Assembly: GCA_019634625.1 (NCBI GenBank)
Contig: JAHCBA010000009.1
Coordinates: forward strand, 37,561 to 101,560
Reading direction: 5' to 3'
From: Verrucomicrobiia bacterium
GTDB taxonomy: Bacteria; Verrucomicrobiota; Verrucomicrobiia; Limisphaerales; CAIMTB01
DNA length: 64,000 bases
This document shows positions 61,610-64,000 of this stretch, one piece after another. Below the pieces are notes generated by a model. The model saw only the letters and a program-made list of their open reading frames with translations, made no database searches and had not been told where the DNA came from. A program made the position numbers and the translations under genes. Positions within the stretch are counted from its first letter, which is position 1. The number at the start of each line of letters is the position of its first letter.

Positions 61610-64000
61610 TGGGAAGGATTGGTTGGGGCGGTTGCAGCGGCGGGGGAAGCTTGGCCCGGGGGTTGCTGGAGGAAGGCGATGAGGTCGCGGAGTTCCTGGG
61701 GGGAGAGGCCGGCTTCGAGGCCTTCGGGCATGAGGGATCGGCCGAGGGAACGGAGGGATCGGAGCCGGGCGCGGGGGATTTCGACGGTACGGCCGAGGGC
61801 CTGAAGGAGGGTGATGGTGGTGGCGGATTCGGCGTGGAGGATGCCGGTTTCCTCGTCGCCGTCGGTGGTTTCGGCGGTGTAGGCCACGAAGGCGGGGTTC
61901 ATGGCCATGTTGGGATCGAGGGTGTTGGAGACGAGGTCCTCGATGCTGCGGTGGCCCTGGTGGCTGAGGTCCGGGCCGACGGCGTGGCCGAGGCCGTTGG
62001 CGTGGTGGCATTGGGCGCAGAGGCGGTCGAAGGCGGCACGTCCACGGGCGGGGTCGCCGGTTTCAGGGAGGCGGGCGAGCCATTCCTCCACGAGGGCGCT
62101 GCGGTTGGCGTATTCCTCGTCGCTGACGAAGGCGGCGGCGCGACTGCGGATGTCGGGGGCGGCGTGGCGGAGGAGACGGCGGCGATGTTCGAGGTCGAGG
62201 TTGAGTTCACCGAGGGGGAGCGTGCCGTTTTCGATGCCATCGAGGAGGGCGGCATTGAAGGGGCCGCGATAGACGAGGAGGTTGACGACCGCGGGGCGCA
62301 CGGCCGGGGCGAGGGAGGGCCAATGGCGGACGAGACCTTCGCCGACGGCGGGTTCGCGGTGGTCGCGGAGGACGGCGAGGGCGGCCTGCTGGAGGGCGGA
62401 AGGTTCGCGGCCGTCGAGGAGGCGGAAGAGGACGGGGCCGACCTGATCGAATTCGCCGACCGCCAGGAGCCGGACGATGTCGCGACGCGTGTCGAAGCCG
62501 GTGTCCGGTTGGAACAGACGGTCGAGGTGGAGGGCGAGCTGGCGGCGGGGGGATTCGCCGATTTCGATGCCGACCTGGCGGGCCAGTCGCCAGGCGGCAC
62601 CAAGGATGGCCGGGGGCTCGGTCCAGGCGTTGAGCAGGGTGGTGAGTTGTTCGCGCGACGAACGGGAGAGGGACGGGGCGGAGGGGTCACGTCGCGCCCA
62701 GCCGGCGGAGAAGCCTTCGAGGAAGGCCAGGCGCACCGGCTCGGGCAGTTGGCGGAGGGCGGGGAGGGACACTTCCGTCGGCTCGTTTGAGCGGCCGCCA
62801 TCGCCGACGTCTTCCGCCCAAAGGCGACCGAATCTCCGATCGGCAGGGGTTGGGGAGGGTGGGGGCACAAAATTGGTGCCGCCCATCACTTCTGCGGTTT
62901 CCCGGACGAGGTCGAGTTTGGGCGGGGTGATGTCCTGCCAGAACTGGCGGTCGTAGAGGATCGATCCGAGGACGCGATGCACAAAGGGGCCGAGGGTGCT
63001 GAGGGCGGCGCGACGGGACCATGGGTGGGCGTGGTCCTGCTTCATGAGCTCGGCGAAGCCGGGGGACCGGAGGGCCCGGACCCAGTCACGGTCACCGGCG
63101 GCCCAGGCGGCCTGGAATCGGACTTCGGGGTGGGGATCGGCGAGGAGGCGATCGACGGCCTCGCCGAACCGGGGCGATGTCGGGACACGGGGCCGGGCGA
63201 GGACGATGGCCTGGGCGCGCAGCGGCGCCGAGGGGTCTTCGAGGGCGAGGGCGAGGGTATCGTCGTCGAGCGAGCCGAGACCTTCGAGGGTGCGGAGGGT
63301 TTGGATGCGCGTGACGGGTTCCCGGGTGGAACGGGCGAGCTGGCGCAGCGCGGGAACGACGTCCGGGTTGCCGCGGGATACGAGGAGGCGCTGGGCGGTG
63401 AGGCGGGTCCATGGGTTGGGGGAATCCAGCAGGGAGACCCAATCGGCGGGGGCGAGCCGGCCGGGGAGGTCGCGGGTCGCGGTCCAGCCGCGGGGGGCGA
63501 TCCGGTAGATGCGGCCTTCGCCGTCGCCGGCGCGGATGTCCTGTGTTTCGAGGAGCTTCCTAGGGATGTAGTCGGGGTGTTCGATGACTTCCCGTCGCAT
63601 ATCGAGCAGGTAGAGGGCGCCATCGGGACCGGATTCGAGGCCGACCGGGCGGAACATCGGATCGCGGGAGGCGAGGAACTCGCAGGATTGTTCCTCGGGG
63701 GCCCGGGTGGCGGTGAGGATGGGGCCGTTGGGGACGAGGAGATCGCGGTGGACGAGGTTGCCGACGACGTCGCAGACGAGCACGGAATCGCGGAGGGCGG
63801 CGGGCCAGTCGCGGTGGGAGATGAAGCCCATGCCGCCGGCTGCGGAGAAGTGGCCTGCCTGTTCCGGGTGATTGGGCCGGGTTTGAGCGGGGGAGATGGG
63901 ATAAATGCGGGCCATTTCCCCGTGATCGGAGATGCTGTGGGTGGTTTCGACCGGGGGCAGGCCGGGATGGCGGGAGACATCGGCGGCGAGGGCGATGCGT
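61606..64000 (-). CDS. PVC-type heme-binding protein: dehydrogenase-like beta-propeller, HEAT repeats, C-terminal cytochrome c domain; 5' end beyond window
   Basis: The C-terminal 'CAQCHHANGLGHAVGPDL...LMPEGLEAGLSPQELRDLIAFLQ' matches the Pirellula/Verrucomicrobium-type heme-binding domain, preceded by HEAT-like repeats. The frame is open from 63915 to the window edge. Confidence 0.8.
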   Translation of the reverse strand, partial: RIALAADVSRHPGLPPVETTHSISDHGEMARIYPISPAQTRPNHPEQAGHFSAAGGMGFISHRDWPAALRDSVLVCDVVGNLVHRDLLVPNGPILTATRAPEEQSCEFLASRDPMFRPVGLESGPDGALYLLDMRREVIEHPDYIPRKLLETQDIRAGDGEGRIYRIAPRGWTATRDLPGRLAPADWVSLLDSPNPWTRLTAQRLLVSRGNPDVVPALRQLARSTREPVTRIQTLRTLEGLGSLDDDTLALALEDPSAPLRAQAIVLARPRVPTSPRFGEAVDRLLADPHPEVRFQAAWAAGDRDWVRALRSPGFAELMKQDHAHPWSRRAALSTLGPFVHRVLGSILYDRQFWQDITPPKLDLVRETAEVMGGTNFVPPPSPTPADRRFGRLWAEDVGDGGRSNEPTEVSLPALRQLPEPVRLAFLEGFSAGWARRDPSAPSLSRSSREQLTTLLNAWTEPPAILGAAWRLARQVGIEIGESPRRQLALHLDRLFQPDTGFDTRRDIVRLLAVGEFDQVGPVLFRLLDGREPSALQQAALAVLRDHREPAVGEGLVRHWPSLAPAVRPAVVNLLVYRGPFNAALLDGIENGTLPLGELNLDLEHRRRLLRHAAPDIRSRAAAFVSDEEYANRSALVEEWLARLPETGDPARGRAAFDRLCAQCHHANGLGHAVGPDLSHQGHRSIEDLVSNTLDPNMAMNPAFVAYTAETTDGDEETGILHAESATTITLLQALGRTVEIPRARLRSLRSLGRSLMPEGLEAGLSPQELRDLIAFLQQPPGQASPAAATAPTNPSH

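Overview
High-G+C chromosomal segment with gene content typical of the PVC superphylum (Verrucomicrobiota or Planctomycetota). Markers are a PSCyt1/DUF1549/DUF1553 protein, a DUF1559 'H-X9-DG' prepilin-like protein, and a Pirellula/Verrucomicrobium-type heme-binding HEAT protein. Most genes are housekeeping: nadE, argG, leuD, psd, moeB, nadK, tlyA, aguA, mfd, a MoxR ATPase, a ZIP transporter and a CusRS-like two-component pair.

Seven things stand out:
1. A 13.6-kb gene (35183..48751, minus strand) encodes a 4522-aa membrane-anchored protein with almost no recognisable domains.
2. A translationally coupled P-loop ATPase + HNH nuclease pair (49132..51152) has Septu (PtuA/PtuB)-like anti-phage architecture and is boxed in by repeats.
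3. An eight-gene, tightly overlapping sugar-nucleotide/glycan operon (1989..8706) carries four SAM methyltransferases.
4. A Y1/HUH (IS200/RAYT-like) transposase gene sits in a visibly lower-G+C pocket.
5. At least four families of structured extragenic repeats (here called R0-R3) occupy ten of the longer intergenic spacers.
6. One of these is a ~780-bp BIME-like array of alternating inverted hairpins (26030..26805) that mimics a CRISPR array but is not one.
7. The R0 palindrome supplies the last codons and the stop codon of two unrelated genes.

All family assignments come from motif reading by eye. No database search was run. Several very long ORFs antisense to real genes are high-G+C artefacts.
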